Shown here: positions 10,111 through 21,499 of the stretch, one piece after another | Position numbering within the stretch: position 1 is the stretch's first letter | How the letters are laid out: the number at the start of each line of letters is the position of its first letter | Assembly: GCA_000091205.1 (NCBI GenBank) | Contig: AP006497.2 | Length of the DNA stretch: 64,000 nt | Reading direction: 5' to 3' (one strand) | DNA from: Cyanidioschyzon merolae | Taxonomy: Eukaryota | Notes under the pieces: generated by a model | Told to the model about the DNA's origin: nothing | The model's database searches: none | Seen by the model: only the letters and a program-made list of their open reading frames with translations | Translations under genes and position numbers: made by a program

Positions 10111-11574
10111 TTTTGCCCGTGAACGAGGAACATTATACGATCTTCGCGAATGCTTTCTCGAACTTTTCGTATGCTTCAGAATTGGCCGCTGCGATGGGCT
10201 CTTTCGTCTTCTCGTTTACTTGGCGGGATGCCATGGATCTAGTAGCTACACTCCAGACCTCTTTCATTCCTGGGGATTCAGCATCGCTGGGTGAACGGTT
10301 GCACTGAAGCTTTCCTTTTCTATGCGCGTGTATCCACTATTCCCTGTGTTACTTTTCGTCGTCTTCGTCGTGAGTGGCGCTCACGGACTGTTGCGCGCCT
10401 TGCCGCTCCCTTTTGCGCACGAACAGAAGAGCAACACAGTATTTCAATGCTGGTGAAGGTAGAGAGCGACGTATTCAAGAACGGTGTCACAGATGCAAAC
10501 GACGCTTCTTTTGGTCCATTCCCGCAAAACCTTCGTTTGACAACAACGAAGACGCCATCGACTGCCTTTAATCGTGAACGATAGGTTTCCACGAATAGCA
10601 ATTGAAGGGAAATCGCAGCTGCGTCGTCATGACCCGCTTTTAAGGGATGTTATGCAACGTGCCCTGACAGCAGTGCAGAAGAATGTCGAAAGCAGAAGCC
10701 TTACGGTGCTTCCACGATGGATGAGGCGTTGAAGGATCCAGTCCGTGTGGCAGTTTGTACGGGATCGCGCGATAGAATCGCCGCTACGACTCGGGTTGTC
10801 GTCATTCTCGCTCGTCCCTTATTGACGAACAGCTGTTGCTACTCTTTGAGCACACATGTGAAGGTCTTCCATTTTCCCAAATGCTCTGCATCGAATGAGA
10901 CGAGCATCTTTTCATCCTCGATTAGGCGTTCGCACTTCGTTAGGAAATCGATCGTGTTCTATTCAGCGCTCCACAGTCTCGCATTGAAGGGTGCTTTTAG
11001 TTTCGATCATTCGTACCTCTTCAATCCCGTTCATATCAACGGCACGGAATATTCACGATCTAGGCTTCTTTGACAGACTTTCTTAGAGGATTTATGGAGA
11101 GGACCGGATTGACGAGGAGACACTCTTTTGTAGAAAGAGTTCGATAAGTTCTGTTTCTGGTGCTCGACGTTCAGAATAGGGAAGAAGAGAACGGTGGTTT
11201 ATCCATCTTATGACAATAAAACGACTGAATTGAAATAGTCCCACTGTTTTATTCGCCAGTGTGCACTGACTGCATCAAGTCTCTCCGCGAAGTCTCTCCA
11301 GTGCGCGAGAGACATTCCTTTCTACTGAATGCCAGGGAGAAAGACCAACAAAAACAAATCATGTATTCTGGCGCAAGTATTAAAGCATTCACCAGTCTAG
11401 GCATGACGCGGTTACATGCCCTGTAGGCGACAACGGCGGCTGCACTCCGTGTGCCGCAATCCAGTCGATGTGCCTCGCGACGTCTTTTCGAAGCGCCAGA
11501 CGGAAAGCGCATCGTTCCATGCGCATGTGCAGTACTCAAGGCAAATGTAGCTCTCCAGAGGGACCAAAATTCTT

Positions 11575-12669
11575 CTAGACATGTTCACGGCAGACTCGCG
11601 ATGATGCATTCGCAAAGGTCTCCGGATACGCTCGAGCTAGACGACACAAGACCGACGCTGCGCCAAGGTTTGCCCGTAGAAACGCTCGATCCACATCATG
11701 CTCGCCCTCGACTACACCATACAGATCTGCCTGCCAATCCTCTACGCAACGTCCTGCAAGAACCGCCTCCTCTGTGCTAATCCTTCCCTGCTGTATGTTA
11801 AGGCCGATGATTGCCGACTTGCTCAAGCATGCTATAGAATGAAGCGCGACTAAGGACCATAGGTCAAGTTGATCAAGATACTCTTGCATCCTTTGTAAAG
11901 CGAAATCACTTTGAATACCCGCAGTCACGAGCTCCGCGGTGACCTTAATCGGAACGCCGAGCACCTGCGAAGCGTTCTCACGTAAAGGACGCCATAGCCG
12001 TTCCTGTCTCGCGAGCAAACTTGCATGAGCGTGTTCCAGAAAACAAAGTGAATCGGCGCCAAAATGCTCCAAAATCTCTCGTACGTACAGGGCTCGGCAA
12101 GAGTCATCCACAGACAGACTCTTTGCCAGCAGCCGTGTCAGCGGCATTAATGCGGGACGTAAACGCTCGGACTGCCGATCCCATTCATAGAGCAGTGCAA
12201 GGGCCAATGGGAGCGTTGGAGCCAATAACGGCTGTTGTGGACTCAAGCATAAGGTTTTGCCGTCCACCTTCAGGCAGTATACGTGCTCCGCAGGTCTTCC
12301 GATTTCTGATGAAATCAACGCAGCAACTTCAACTTTCTTCCAAAAACGCGGCGGTCCCACTCCTGACCAGTTCGTTCGCAGCGTCCGCTCAACGTTGAGC
12401 CCGCGGGTATCCGAAGCAATCTGCTGGAGCAGTTGAGGGCGCTGCTCCTGTCCAGTTTGCTGCTTAACAGAGTCGTGCACATTTTTCGTTGAAAAGCTGA
12501 TCGCTGGCGTGTACACAGACAAGGTCGCGCGAGCGCTACCGGTTTTTGTGCAACTTGTGTGGCTCGAAAGGAGCCAATCGTCGCCAAGACGTGTTCCTAG
12601 CAAACAGTGGAACCTAACGGGCACCACGTGCTGTTTCAGCCCTTTCAGACAGCCCCGAATACGATTCAT
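11575..12669 (-). CDS. ATP12: ATP synthase mitochondrial F1 complex assembly factor 2 (ATP12/ATPAF2)
   Basis: RFWKKVEVAAL...LLYEWDRQSERLRPALMPLTRLLAKSL...LDLWSLVALHSIACLSKSAIIG is colinear with the ATP12 family (RFYQNVSI...AVATEWDSQ...LTLGLIDLRLTVEQAVL). A presequence-like N-terminus is present. Confidence 0.7.
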   Translation of the reverse strand: MNRIRGCLKGLKQHVVPVRFHCLLGTRLGDDWLLSSHTSCTKTGSARATLSVYTPAISFSTKNVHDSVKQQTGQEQRPQLLQQIASDTRGLNVERTLRTNWSGVGPPRFWKKVEVAALISSEIGRPAEHVYCLKVDGKTLCLSPQQPLLAPTLPLALALLYEWDRQSERLRPALMPLTRLLAKSLSVDDSCRALYVREILEHFGADSLCFLEHAHASLLARQERLWRPLRENASQVLGVPIKVTAELVTAGIQSDFALQRMQEYLDQLDLWSLVALHSIACLSKSAIIGLNIQQGRISTEEAVLAGRCVEDWQADLYGVVEGEHDVDRAFLRANLGAASVLCRLARAYPETFANASSRVCREHV

Positions 12670-12918
12670 AGCTGCTGCACGCTCCCTGGGTGCTCCTTTT
12701 TAGAGCATCTCTCCAACGGGAAGCGTCCAACGCTGCATACAGTCGTTTCTAGCACGTCTGCACAACTGGCTGCGTTCCAGCGAATGGCCACTCGGCCGGG
12801 GCAGGGGTCCCGAGCTCTGCCAGCACCAGGTTTTGCCACTCGTGAGAATGTTTGCGCATATAGTTCCGGTGGACCAGAAGCACGCCTTGGAGTTCACTTT
12901 GTAGAGTCTGTTAAATAA
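12670..12918. promoter_or_regulatory. putative bidirectional promoter between divergent ATP12 and SBDS genes
   Basis: 249-bp interval between two divergently oriented, confidently identified genes. This is inference from gene arrangement only. Confidence 0.3.
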
Positions 12919-13686
12919 ATGCCGCAAGAAATGCTTGTCCGTTATCGCAGCGGGAAAGAGACGTTCGAGGTGGCAACGCACCCGGGAGCCGTGACCAAGT
13001 ATCGCGAGGGCACGCTCAAGTCTCTCGATGAAGTTCTGGTAAGTGATGTGGTTTTCACGGACTATCACAAGAGACTGCGTGCCTCTGAGCTTGAGCTAAA
13101 GTCAGTTTTTGGTGAAAACTATAATAAGGAAGAGGTTCTTGATAAAATCCTAAGAAAAGGCGACTTTCAGCTGTCTGCCGCAGAGCGGCGTCAGAAGCTC
13201 GAGCAGAAACGCAACGAGATTATCGAGTACGTTCACAAAAACTTTGTGGATCCGAAGACCCATCTGCCAATCCCAAGAATGAGGATTGAGCAGGCACTAG
13301 AGACCGTGCGTCCGAGAATAGATATGGATCAAAGCGCTGACCGACAAGTAGCTCTGATGATGAGCAAGCTCAGCGCTTGTATGCCAATGAAGAAACATCA
13401 AGTAGAAGGGACATTACGTGTGCCGCACGGTGTACTAGGAGCCTCCAACGCAGTTATTCGATCGTACTGCACGGTTGCCCGGGAGCATTACACGAGTGAA
13501 GGCGCTGTTCTCGAAATCATGATATCCCCGGGCGATTACGATGCATTCATCAAGGCCCTGAACAATGCTTCTAAGGGCAATTTTCATTTGGATATTGCTG
13601 GCGCGGCAGCTAGCGCTGCGGCTAGCACTGAGGAGAAGCCTGGGAAGAAAACGAAACCGAAAGGCACCAAGGGTCGGCACGGATGA
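12919..13686 (+). CDS. SBDS: SBDS/Sdo1 ribosome maturation protein
   Basis: VRYRSGKETFEVATHPGAVTKYREGTLKSLDEVLVSDVVFTDYHKRLRASELELKSVFG parallels the SBDS N-terminal FYSH domain ([32 protein letters not shown]...). The middle and C-terminal domains are colinear. It is divergently paired with ATP12. Confidence 0.85.
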   Translation: MPQEMLVRYRSGKETFEVATHPGAVTKYREGTLKSLDEVLVSDVVFTDYHKRLRASELELKSVFGENYNKEEVLDKILRKGDFQLSAAERRQKLEQKRNEIIEYVHKNFVDPKTHLPIPRMRIEQALETVRPRIDMDQSADRQVALMMSKLSACMPMKKHQVEGTLRVPHGVLGASNAVIRSYCTVAREHYTSEGAVLEIMISPGDYDAFIKALNNASKGNFHLDIAGAAASAAASTEEKPGKKTKPKGTKGRHG

Positions 13687-14266
13687 CCAGCATACGTAAG
13701 ACGTGTTGCACCCACGAGTCTGGCGCGCACTGGGCACGAGACCTCCAGTTAGGTGCTGCGAAGCCATACACCGCGTCCGCTGGAGCCGCCTATGCTCCAC
13801 AGGGGATGCAATTCGGAACCCCAGCATATGTACGCAATGGAGCGAGCGAAAGCATCAAGAACAGTGCACGTGATGCGCAGCAGAATACCTGGGATTTTAT
13901 CGGAATGTGTCTTCGTGCAATGATAGAAGCTCTCGAGTCCTCTGTACGGTGCCGTGGGACTTGGTTTCATGGTACGCCGCTCTGCACGGATAAATGCTGC
14001 CTAATCCATCGAGAGATTCGCGATGCTCTGCCTGGAAACAGGATGGTGATGCGTTTTGTATTGATCTTTGGGACGGGCCTCTAGCGCATTCAGGACACGC
14101 TGCTTTTCACGGCAGTCAAGGGCAAGATTGCTGGGCTGGGCTGCTCTGGGCTGAGCTCGGCTGTCTCACGCTGCACTAACTTTGAGCAATATCGGAATCG
14201 CGAACAATTCGAACGTGTCCTGGGGCCTAACTTGAAAAAAATGCAACATGTCCCGAGCACCGCGTC

Positions 14267-15589
14267 CTATGCAGAGGCCGTTGGTTTTTCTTGTGCGGCA
14301 CCATTTTGGTGAAATATCGAAGGTATCGATATCCAAGCTCGGTGGTGAGCCTGCATTTCCCGCGCGACAGTGAATGCCTCTGTCGGTGATGGTCGACGTA
14401 GACGCAACGTCACCGCTGGGGACAGATTCTCGTGCATGTGCGTCCTCAGCAGAGCGTCACGTATAAGGGTGCGGGGTGCACGATACCATCGAGCGAGCGC
14501 ATCCACTGGGACGCCCAGTGCGAACCCCAGCAGGATACACTGATTAAGGAGCACTGTGTTGAGGACACCGAGCTTTTGGTAACGGCGAGCGCTGGTCTGT
14601 ACATGCTCGGGTGCTATGCGGCATGCATTGCCCCAGCCGAAGCGTCGAAGCGCTCGATGTCCCAGTGCAACGTCGTCAAGAAGTGGCCAGTCGGCGGGGA
14701 ACCCCTCGAGATCCTGAAATGTCTGCTTCCTGAGAAAAATACCCTGATCACCATAGGGCGCTCGGAAAAGACGTGAACGCAAGTTCGCGCCCCAGGCTAC
14801 CAAGCGCAGTACCCAGGAACTCTCTGTAAACTCCAGCGAGAAGGCGCCGAGTGCCGGATGACGCATCCTCGCCTTAGACTCGCCACTGGTGTTGGTCTGA
14901 ATCAAACCGAGCGTCCGGGCAATAACCTGTGGATATTGGAACGGCAGCGTGGTATCCGCGTGCAGAAAGAGCAGGATATCGCCCTGTGCTAGTCGTGCAC
15001 CCCAGTTCTGCTGGTTTGCGCGACACGTGCGCTGTGTGCTTGGAAGATGAACGATTCGGAAGTTCTTGTAGGCCGAGCGCTGAGCCAATCGCTTCGCCCT
15101 CGAGCAAGTGTCATCTACCGAGCCGCCGTCTACGAGCAAGACCTCGTGCAACACGAGGCTCTGCTCGCAGCTCGGACGCAGCGACTCGACTGCTGCTCTC
15201 TGCCGTACGGCCCTATCATAAACACTCTCAATGGCTCTAGCAATGACTTGAGCTTCGTTCAAGGCGGGGATGATCACGGAGAGGCGGAGCGGCTGGTACG
15301 TTGGCGACTGCGACATCCTCGAGTGCCCAGCTGAGCAAGGCGTAGGTTGCCGCCCCGTGCGCTGCCCACTGGATGGGTCTCGTCGCTGCACAGACGCTGA
15401 GTGCCGGTGCGGACGGCACTGTTTCGGGTACCTGTGACCGTTCGAGTCAGGATGAATAACCAGTGCGCTTATGTCTGCTTCATGAACAGCGCCTTTCGAC
15501 GAACGAGCGCGTCGAACTCGACGGGCTTTGCTTTGATGCTCGCGGGACGTCTCCGGTGTTGGAGTGCGCACCGACCTCGCACGCTTCAC
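14267..15589 (-). CDS. family-2 glycosyltransferase (bacterial-type GT2 fold)
   Basis: LRLSVIIPALNEAQVIARAIESV...LLVDGGSVDDT...ILLFLHADT are the GT2 motifs (DxD and the LxxDAD-like region). A roughly 90-aa basic, Ser/Arg-rich N-terminal extension precedes them. The true start may be the internal Met near 15316 (MSQSPTYQPLRLSVII), which would remove the overlap with the divergent downstream gene. Confidence 0.65.
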   Translation of the reverse strand: MKRARSVRTPTPETSREHQSKARRVRRARSSKGAVHEADISALVIHPDSNGHRYPKQCRPHRHSASVQRRDPSSGQRTGRQPTPCSAGHSRMSQSPTYQPLRLSVIIPALNEAQVIARAIESVYDRAVRQRAAVESLRPSCEQSLVLHEVLLVDGGSVDDTCSRAKRLAQRSAYKNFRIVHLPSTQRTCRANQQNWGARLAQGDILLFLHADTTLPFQYPQVIARTLGLIQTNTSGESKARMRHPALGAFSLEFTESSWVLRLVAWGANLRSRLFRAPYGDQGIFLRKQTFQDLEGFPADWPLLDDVALGHRALRRFGWGNACRIAPEHVQTSARRYQKLGVLNTVLLNQCILLGFALGVPVDALARWYRAPRTLIRDALLRTHMHENLSPAVTLRLRRPSPTEAFTVAREMQAHHRAWISIPSIFHQNGAAQEKPTASA

Positions 15590-16477
15590 CAGGTTGCACT
15601 GCGGACGAGTCGGTTATGCGGAGCGGGTAGAGCTCCAGCGTACGGCGAGTCTGTTCGAAACCGACTGCGAACGCTGCGTTGTCGGAGTCACGCAAACTTG
15701 GCAGTACCGTCGTTGCGAGCGTATCGGAACACGTTATTCGTACCGGCGCTAGTTGCCGAGGACGGCTGTCTCGCAAGCGTCGAGGAGCAACTAGGCAGCT
15801 GCTTGTCGCAGCTAGACGAATGGTTACGCACTTATCAGGACTATGAAGTGGCCACCCTTCGGATCAACGTCGCCCCGAACCACGACACGCAGCTGCTCCA
15901 GCGCCTTGAGCGTGCCTGGGCAGAAAAGCAGCTCCAATCGCCAGCGGTAACGTGGCTCGAAGCGCGGCCTCTAGTTCCCGCTCGAGACGTGCTTATAGAG
16001 GCCGTGCTGGGGCTGCGGGAGCCGGCTGCAGAGCACTCGCTCCAGACTGTGGCAACCGAGCAGGCGGCCCAGGCGGTGGGCCCCTACGTCCAAGCTGTGC
16101 GGTTCCCGCGTGCCGCTACGCTCTATGTGAGTGGCTGTATTGGACTGCGTCCACCGCCGGCAAACGATCTCGCGGGTCCCGATGTCGAAAGCCAGACCAA
16201 ACAGGCGCTAGCCAATATGAAAGCAATCCTCCGGGCAGGAGGCAGTGATGTTGTCAACATTCTGAAAGTGATGATCCTGCTAGAGGATTTGAGCGACTTT
16301 GCCGTTGTGAATCGGCTGTACGAGGACTGGCTGCGGCAAGGTGGATGCCATGGTAGTCGTCTTCCAGCCCGAAGCACATTTGCGGTGAAGGCGCTGCCCA
16401 AGGGCGCAAAAGTTGAAATTGAGTGCATCGCAGCGATCCAGTCGATGGGATCAGAGATCTCTCCATCGAGCTGCTGA
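15401..16477 (+). CDS. RidA/YjgF/UK114-family (reactive intermediate deaminase) protein with an N-terminal degenerate second RidA-like domain
   Basis: C-terminal AQAVGPYVQAV...LYVSGCIGL...AGPDVESQTKQALANMKAILRAGGS...VKALPKGAKVEIECIAA matches the RidA signature throughout. The upstream segment TWLEARPLVPARDVLIEAVLGL looks like a second degenerate copy. The start codon is uncertain: Met candidates lie at 15401, 15452, 15482 and 15536. Confidence 0.7.
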   Translation: MPVRTALFRVPVTVRVRMNNQCAYVCFMNSAFRRTSASNSTGFALMLAGRLRCWSAHRPRTLHQVALRTSRLCGAGRAPAYGESVRNRLRTLRCRSHANLAVPSLRAYRNTLFVPALVAEDGCLASVEEQLGSCLSQLDEWLRTYQDYEVATLRINVAPNHDTQLLQRLERAWAEKQLQSPAVTWLEARPLVPARDVLIEAVLGLREPAAEHSLQTVATEQAAQAVGPYVQAVRFPRAATLYVSGCIGLRPPPANDLAGPDVESQTKQALANMKAILRAGGSDVVNILKVMILLEDLSDFAVVNRLYEDWLRQGGCHGSRLPARSTFAVKALPKGAKVEIECIAAIQSMGSEISPSSC

Positions 16478-17884
16478 ATGAAGGGGCAGCGATCGATGCG
16501 AAAAGTCGGTTACGGATGTCATGCTGGATCCTCTGAGGCGTTTGTTTCGAATAGATCGCCAAAGAGACTCGGTTTTAGAAAATGGCCTGCACGGTGACCT
16601 CGGGAACGTTTTCTCGAATAGGTGACGACCCAGGTTTCCTGGTGCCCAAATAGGAGTTTGGATCGAGCTTACGATCCATAGCAGGTATCAGCGCACAGCA
16701 GGAGGCACATTCCGCAAAGCAGTCTAGTAAAATGCTTTATGAGCGTTGAACCTGAACGGGGTTGCTTTCACGAGTACTTGGTTCGTTGCCGGAACAGAGC
16801 GGGCGACAGAAAGCAGGCGGATTCCAGGCGTGTGATTTTCGGTAATGCGCCGCCGCTCGGCACTTGAGCGCTGCGCGCTTGGATGTTCGCGCTTTGCCGC
16901 AAACGAGCACATGTATGGATATCCCGGAGCTTCTGAGATCCTATTCGAGAAACATCCAGTACTTTGAGTCAGACCCTGTCCAGTGGATGAGATCAAGCTC
17001 TGAGAACCGCTCGCAGAACGGCACGTGCGACTCGTGCAGCCGCGTGAACGTCTCGAGGAGAGCCCTCGCGTACTTCATGGCTCATTCCAGGCTCATATAT
17101 CCGATCAAATTCGTGAATGCTGGACATCGGGATCCAATCAATGGTGCTGCACGATGTTCATCATCTATCGTGTCCAGATCAGAATGCATCCTGTATGCGG
17201 AACTGCGTCATTGGATAAGTGCCGACGTCAGCTGGCGGCCTACTCGGATGCTCGATGCACATGATAGCCGCTCTGGTGTGTTTCGATTGTGAATACAAGA
17301 ACGCTTCGCAGTGGCTGTGGTGTGCAACTCCAGGCACCATGCGCTCAAGCTGCCCTTGTGTACGACGTGTGTCCAATCTAGCGCTCCGTCAGGCACGTGC
17401 AACTCCGAGGGTGAACAAAGCAGGCGCGAAGGCAAAGACAAGGGGACTGCTGCATCGAGCAGCCGAGGCTTTACCAAACACGCACACTCATGCAACGTTT
17501 GAGGACGCTCGCGAACAATAGGCCTCTATCAAAGTTAACAACCGGAACAGCTCATTGCTGGTCTCCGCAGTGTACCAGCGACAGGTTCGAGCACCGGCAC
17601 CCGATACGGGTCTCACTGATCCATGGTGTCGATGCAGAGCGCTGGGCCTCGCTTCCAAGCACGTGCCGCAAGCGAGACGTACAGGGAACCCCAGCGGAAC
17701 CCGCGTCGCCACGAGGGGACAACCAGTCTAAGCTTCTTCTCTTGTGTAGCGAGATTACAAGTCCCGAAGCTCTTCCAGGATAACTGCGAAGCTAAAATGC
17801 CTCCAGTTTTCCAACCCGGGTGCAAACCTTGTCACACAGCGTAACCGATGAAGCTACACGGCATACACCTTAGCGTCACACGTT

Positions 17885-18874
17885 ATGCCTTCGAAACCCG
17901 AAGCGTATACCTTCCGTTACCGTCCAGAGAGGAATCGTCACGTTGACTCCAACACCGGAGAGAATGCGCTTGCTGGAAGTCGCCGTCGGCGGCGGCGGCG
18001 TCTCCAGATCAACAGCGTCGAATTATGGAAAAGTTCTCGTTGCACCGCAAAGCTCACAGGTATGCTTCGTTCCGTGAGTTACGGTACTCTACGCCAAACA
18101 GTGCGACGTTTTCGAGGAAACTTTCTGAGGCGTTGCTCTAGTGCGCCTGAGTCCAAACCGGGACGTCCCTCGGAGCCAACGCATACGACAACAGGCAGTT
18201 CGTGGCGCCAGGGTCCGGTAACCTGGCGCTCGTTGGCCATTACGACGGGTGTGGGTGCCGGCATCGGGTTCCTTTACTGGCAACAGAAAGAGCGAAAAGC
18301 GAAGGAACTGGAGCGGAGTGTTACTGCTCAGGTTAGTAGTGGGAAGCCAGCCATCGGCGGGCCCTTCCAGCTGGTCGACGCTCGCACTCGACAGACGGTA
18401 ACGGACGCTGACTTTCGGGGCCGTCTACCACTGTTCTATTTCGGGTTCACGCACTGTCCTGACGTGTGTCCGGATGAGTTGACAAAAATCAGTAAAGCGC
18501 TCGCGCTGTTGGATCAGCGTCTCGGACACGACCGTGTTTCGGCGACAATAGCACCGGTGTTCATCTCAGTGGACCCCGAACGAGACACACCTGACGTTGT
18601 GAACGAATTTCTTCGTAACGAGGAGTTTGATGAGCGCTTCGTCGGCCTGACCGGGAGCGTTGAGCAGTGCGCCGCAGCAGCCCGGGCGTTTCACGTCTAT
18701 TACATGAAGACCGACGAAAGCGAGGAGGATTACCTCGTGGACCATAGCATCATAACGTACCTAATGGGTCCCGATGGTGACTTGCTCGACTATTTCGGGA
18801 AGAATATCAGTGCAGAGGAAATGGCGCAGCGAATCGAAGGCCATTGGAAGCGAATGCGTCTGAGCCTGGCCTAG
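17885..18874 (+). CDS. SCO1: SCO1/SenC cytochrome c oxidase copper chaperone
   Basis: GGPFQLVDARTRQTVTDADFRGRLPLFYFGFTHCPDVCPDEL...VFISVDPERDTPDVVNEF...VGLTGSVEQ...DYLVDHSIITYLMGPDGDL includes the CxxxC copper site and a conserved His. An internal Met near 18062 precedes a presequence-like stretch. Confidence 0.85.
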   Translation: MPSKPEAYTFRYRPERNRHVDSNTGENALAGSRRRRRRRLQINSVELWKSSRCTAKLTGMLRSVSYGTLRQTVRRFRGNFLRRCSSAPESKPGRPSEPTHTTTGSSWRQGPVTWRSLAITTGVGAGIGFLYWQQKERKAKELERSVTAQVSSGKPAIGGPFQLVDARTRQTVTDADFRGRLPLFYFGFTHCPDVCPDELTKISKALALLDQRLGHDRVSATIAPVFISVDPERDTPDVVNEFLRNEEFDERFVGLTGSVEQCAAAARAFHVYYMKTDESEEDYLVDHSIITYLMGPDGDLLDYFGKNISAEEMAQRIEGHWKRMRLSLA

Positions 18875-18983
18875 AGACCATTCAACAGGACTGGAATAGT
18901 CGAGTCTGTGCAGCCGCTCTATTCCGGAGATGTTAGCACCGAAACCAAAGCGCAGACACGTTCAAAGATGGTGCTCCGTCTCT

Positions 18984-19001
18984 CTCTGCTGCTGCTGCTG
19001 C
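18984..19001. repeat. (CTG)6 trinucleotide repeat
   Basis: ctgctgctgctgctgctg read directly from the sequence. Confidence 0.8.
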
Positions 19002-20156
19002 TGCTGCATTCATCTCGAGGACCGCTCGAGGGAAGCGGGATCGATCCAACTGGCGTGTTGGATTGGTGCAGCAGTGCGTATAGCGTACGCGTTATGGAAT
19101 CGGCATGGATTCAGACTGACACAGTGACTGACCGACACGCACTGATATACAAGCACGTACGTACGAATGCACACATAGGGGCCATCCGGTTGTCTTCGAA
19201 CGGGTCCATAGCAGTCGTCTCATGATAGATAGTCAAAGCAACTGCGCAACAGATGCATGTCCACGTCAACTTAATACGCTGTTGCGCTTCCAGACAGCTT
19301 TTAGTTGAAGAAGCAGGCATCCACATGGGGGTATCGCTTTCTTGAGTAGAATTCGTTTCATTCCTAGGATGCGGAGTGTGCTGAAACGGAACTGTTCGGA
19401 AAGGGTACAAAAATTGCACTGTACAGAGGCAATTGGGCCGGCAAGGAATCCAAGCGATTTGCACAGCACTTGTTCCAAGGCGCTCTCTCCCATATAGCCA
19501 GCATATGGTCTATACAAACAATTATCAGTCTGGAGCATCCTTCAGCCTCGGCGATTTCGTTGGAAACGAAGGATGCGCGGTCCATGATCCGTGCGTGGCG
19601 AATGTCAAGTTGCGGACTTGCCGACGAACTTGGACGCTGGCGGTAAATGGCATTAGTGCCGCCAAAGCGGCGCTTGCTCCAACTGAACCAGCCTTGGTTT
19701 TTTAAAGGATATTTCTCTTGTCCACAATCCATGTTTATCCAAAGATGTGGTACTACAAGTCCATCTGAGAGGAATCTGGTTGACGCCGGCGTCGACGCTT
19801 CCTGGCTCGACTTCTCCGAACTGCGGAGCACGCAACAGTCAAAGCTGATCCGGGGTCAACATGGCTCTGTCGATGACCGCCTAGCGAAGGTCTCAAAGGC
19901 TTCAACAGAGCGGCACGCGAGGCAAGTGGTTCGGGCGGCGACCATCTGCTGCGGCCGTCCAAGGCAGCGAATCGTAGGAAAGTGTCGTCCATAGATTGCA
20001 AATCCTTCAGATCGCCGTGCTTCTACAAGGAACTGCTGGCGAATCGCAGCTGCGGGCGCTGCCTCTGACCGCATGTCGCTCTACTGCGTGTCCACAAAAC
20101 AACGTCTCTCCATCTCAATCCGAAAACAAGCCACTACTCTGGATGTTCTCCGGTGG

Positions 20157-21446
20157 CTAGCCACGCATTGCCATGGAGCCTTGGTAAATTTTCAAAAGGT
20201 CCTCAACATCCCTGGGGCTTCCGCAAATGAACGGCTCTCGCTGATGGACATCTCGCGGAACAATATCCAGAATTCTTTGCTTTCCCGTGGTCGCTATACC
20301 GCCGGCCTGCTCCATGAGATACGCCATAGGTGCGCACTCGTACAGAAGACGCAACTTGCCGTTCGGGTTCTTCTTATCACCAGGGTATCCAAAAACGCCG
20401 CCGTAAATCAGCGTGCGATGGACATCGCCAACGAGAGATCCTATGTAGCGCGAAGAATAGCCCTTTTTCTTCATCGATCGAATATATTCTTGAAGAACAG
20501 GGTCCCAGTTATCCGAGTTTGCCTCGTTGAAGGAGTAGATCTTGCCACGCTCCGGAACACGAACATCTGGGTGCGTCAAAACAAACTCGCCAATCGCTGG
20601 GTCCAGAGAAAAACCCTGCACTCCGTGACCAATAGACAGCATGAAAATCACCGATGAGGAGTAGAGAATGTAGCCCGCTGCCACCAGATTCGCACCCGGT
20701 TGCAGCGTCTGCACGAGGCACTGCATTTGTCGCTGACTTATATCCGCGTCCTCGGGTCCCGTCAGACAGTGCTCGCCGCTGCGCATTACACCAAAAATCG
20801 TACCCGTGGCGATCGCTGCATCCAAATTCGAGGATCCGTCCAACGGGTCAAACGCAGCAATAAAGTCACCTGTATACGCCTCTTCCATGAGCGACACTGG
20901 CTCGTTTTCCTCTTCCGAAGCCAAGACACCTAGTTTCCCTGTTGAGCGTAGCGCGTTCTTGAGCACCTCGTTCGTCAACACGTCCAGCTTTTTCTGCTCC
21001 TCGCCCTGCACGTTGACCGAGCCCTGAAGGCCAGTCAAGTTGCTCACGCCCGCTCGGGCGACCAGTGAGGCAATCTGCTTGCCAGCTGTCGCTGTGGCTG
21101 TTATCAAAGGAGCCAAATCAGCGGTCTCTGGATGCTGCCTCTCCTGTTGGAGAACCCACTGTCCGAGTGTCATGGGTAGGTCTAAAGCTGCGCGCAGTCT
21201 CACTGCACCAAAGCGACGTTGATGCCTTGTTTCCAGCGGCAAGACCGACACCGATACCCTTCCCCATATGTTTGTTGAGCGCAGCTTAGGAGCCCCAAGG
21301 CTAACGAAAGCGTGCGGTGCTTGCTTCGCCATGAATATCGTTGCTGGCTCCTTGAGGTCAGCAAGGAGATGAGTGCTGCAAACGTCGGGCGTCGCAGCGG
21401 CGGGCACGGCCGCAATCGTCGACGGCGGCTCGATCGGCTGCCGCAT
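20157..21446 (-). CDS. FBP: fructose-1,6-bisphosphatase, chloroplast/redox-regulated type
   Basis: Full-length FBPase: KKLDVLTNEVL, AAFDPLDGSSNLD, GKLRLLYECAPMAYLMEQAGG. It carries the plastid-type regulatory insertion GEHCLTGPEDADISQRQMQCLVQTLQPG with two Cys, where cytosolic enzymes have a short loop. A roughly 90-aa Ser/Ala/Arg-rich N-terminal extension resembles a transit peptide. Confidence 0.9.
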   Translation of the reverse strand: MRQPIEPPSTIAAVPAAATPDVCSTHLLADLKEPATIFMAKQAPHAFVSLGAPKLRSTNIWGRVSVSVLPLETRHQRRFGAVRLRAALDLPMTLGQWVLQQERQHPETADLAPLITATATAGKQIASLVARAGVSNLTGLQGSVNVQGEEQKKLDVLTNEVLKNALRSTGKLGVLASEEENEPVSLMEEAYTGDFIAAFDPLDGSSNLDAAIATGTIFGVMRSGEHCLTGPEDADISQRQMQCLVQTLQPGANLVAAGYILYSSSVIFMLSIGHGVQGFSLDPAIGEFVLTHPDVRVPERGKIYSFNEANSDNWDPVLQEYIRSMKKKGYSSRYIGSLVGDVHRTLIYGGVFGYPGDKKNPNGKLRLLYECAPMAYLMEQAGGIATTGKQRILDIVPRDVHQREPFICGSPRDVEDLLKIYQGSMAMRG

Positions 21447-21499
21447 CTGCGATTCGCCCCGTGCAGCGAACTAGCTTCTGTTCTTTCGAGGGGGTACAC

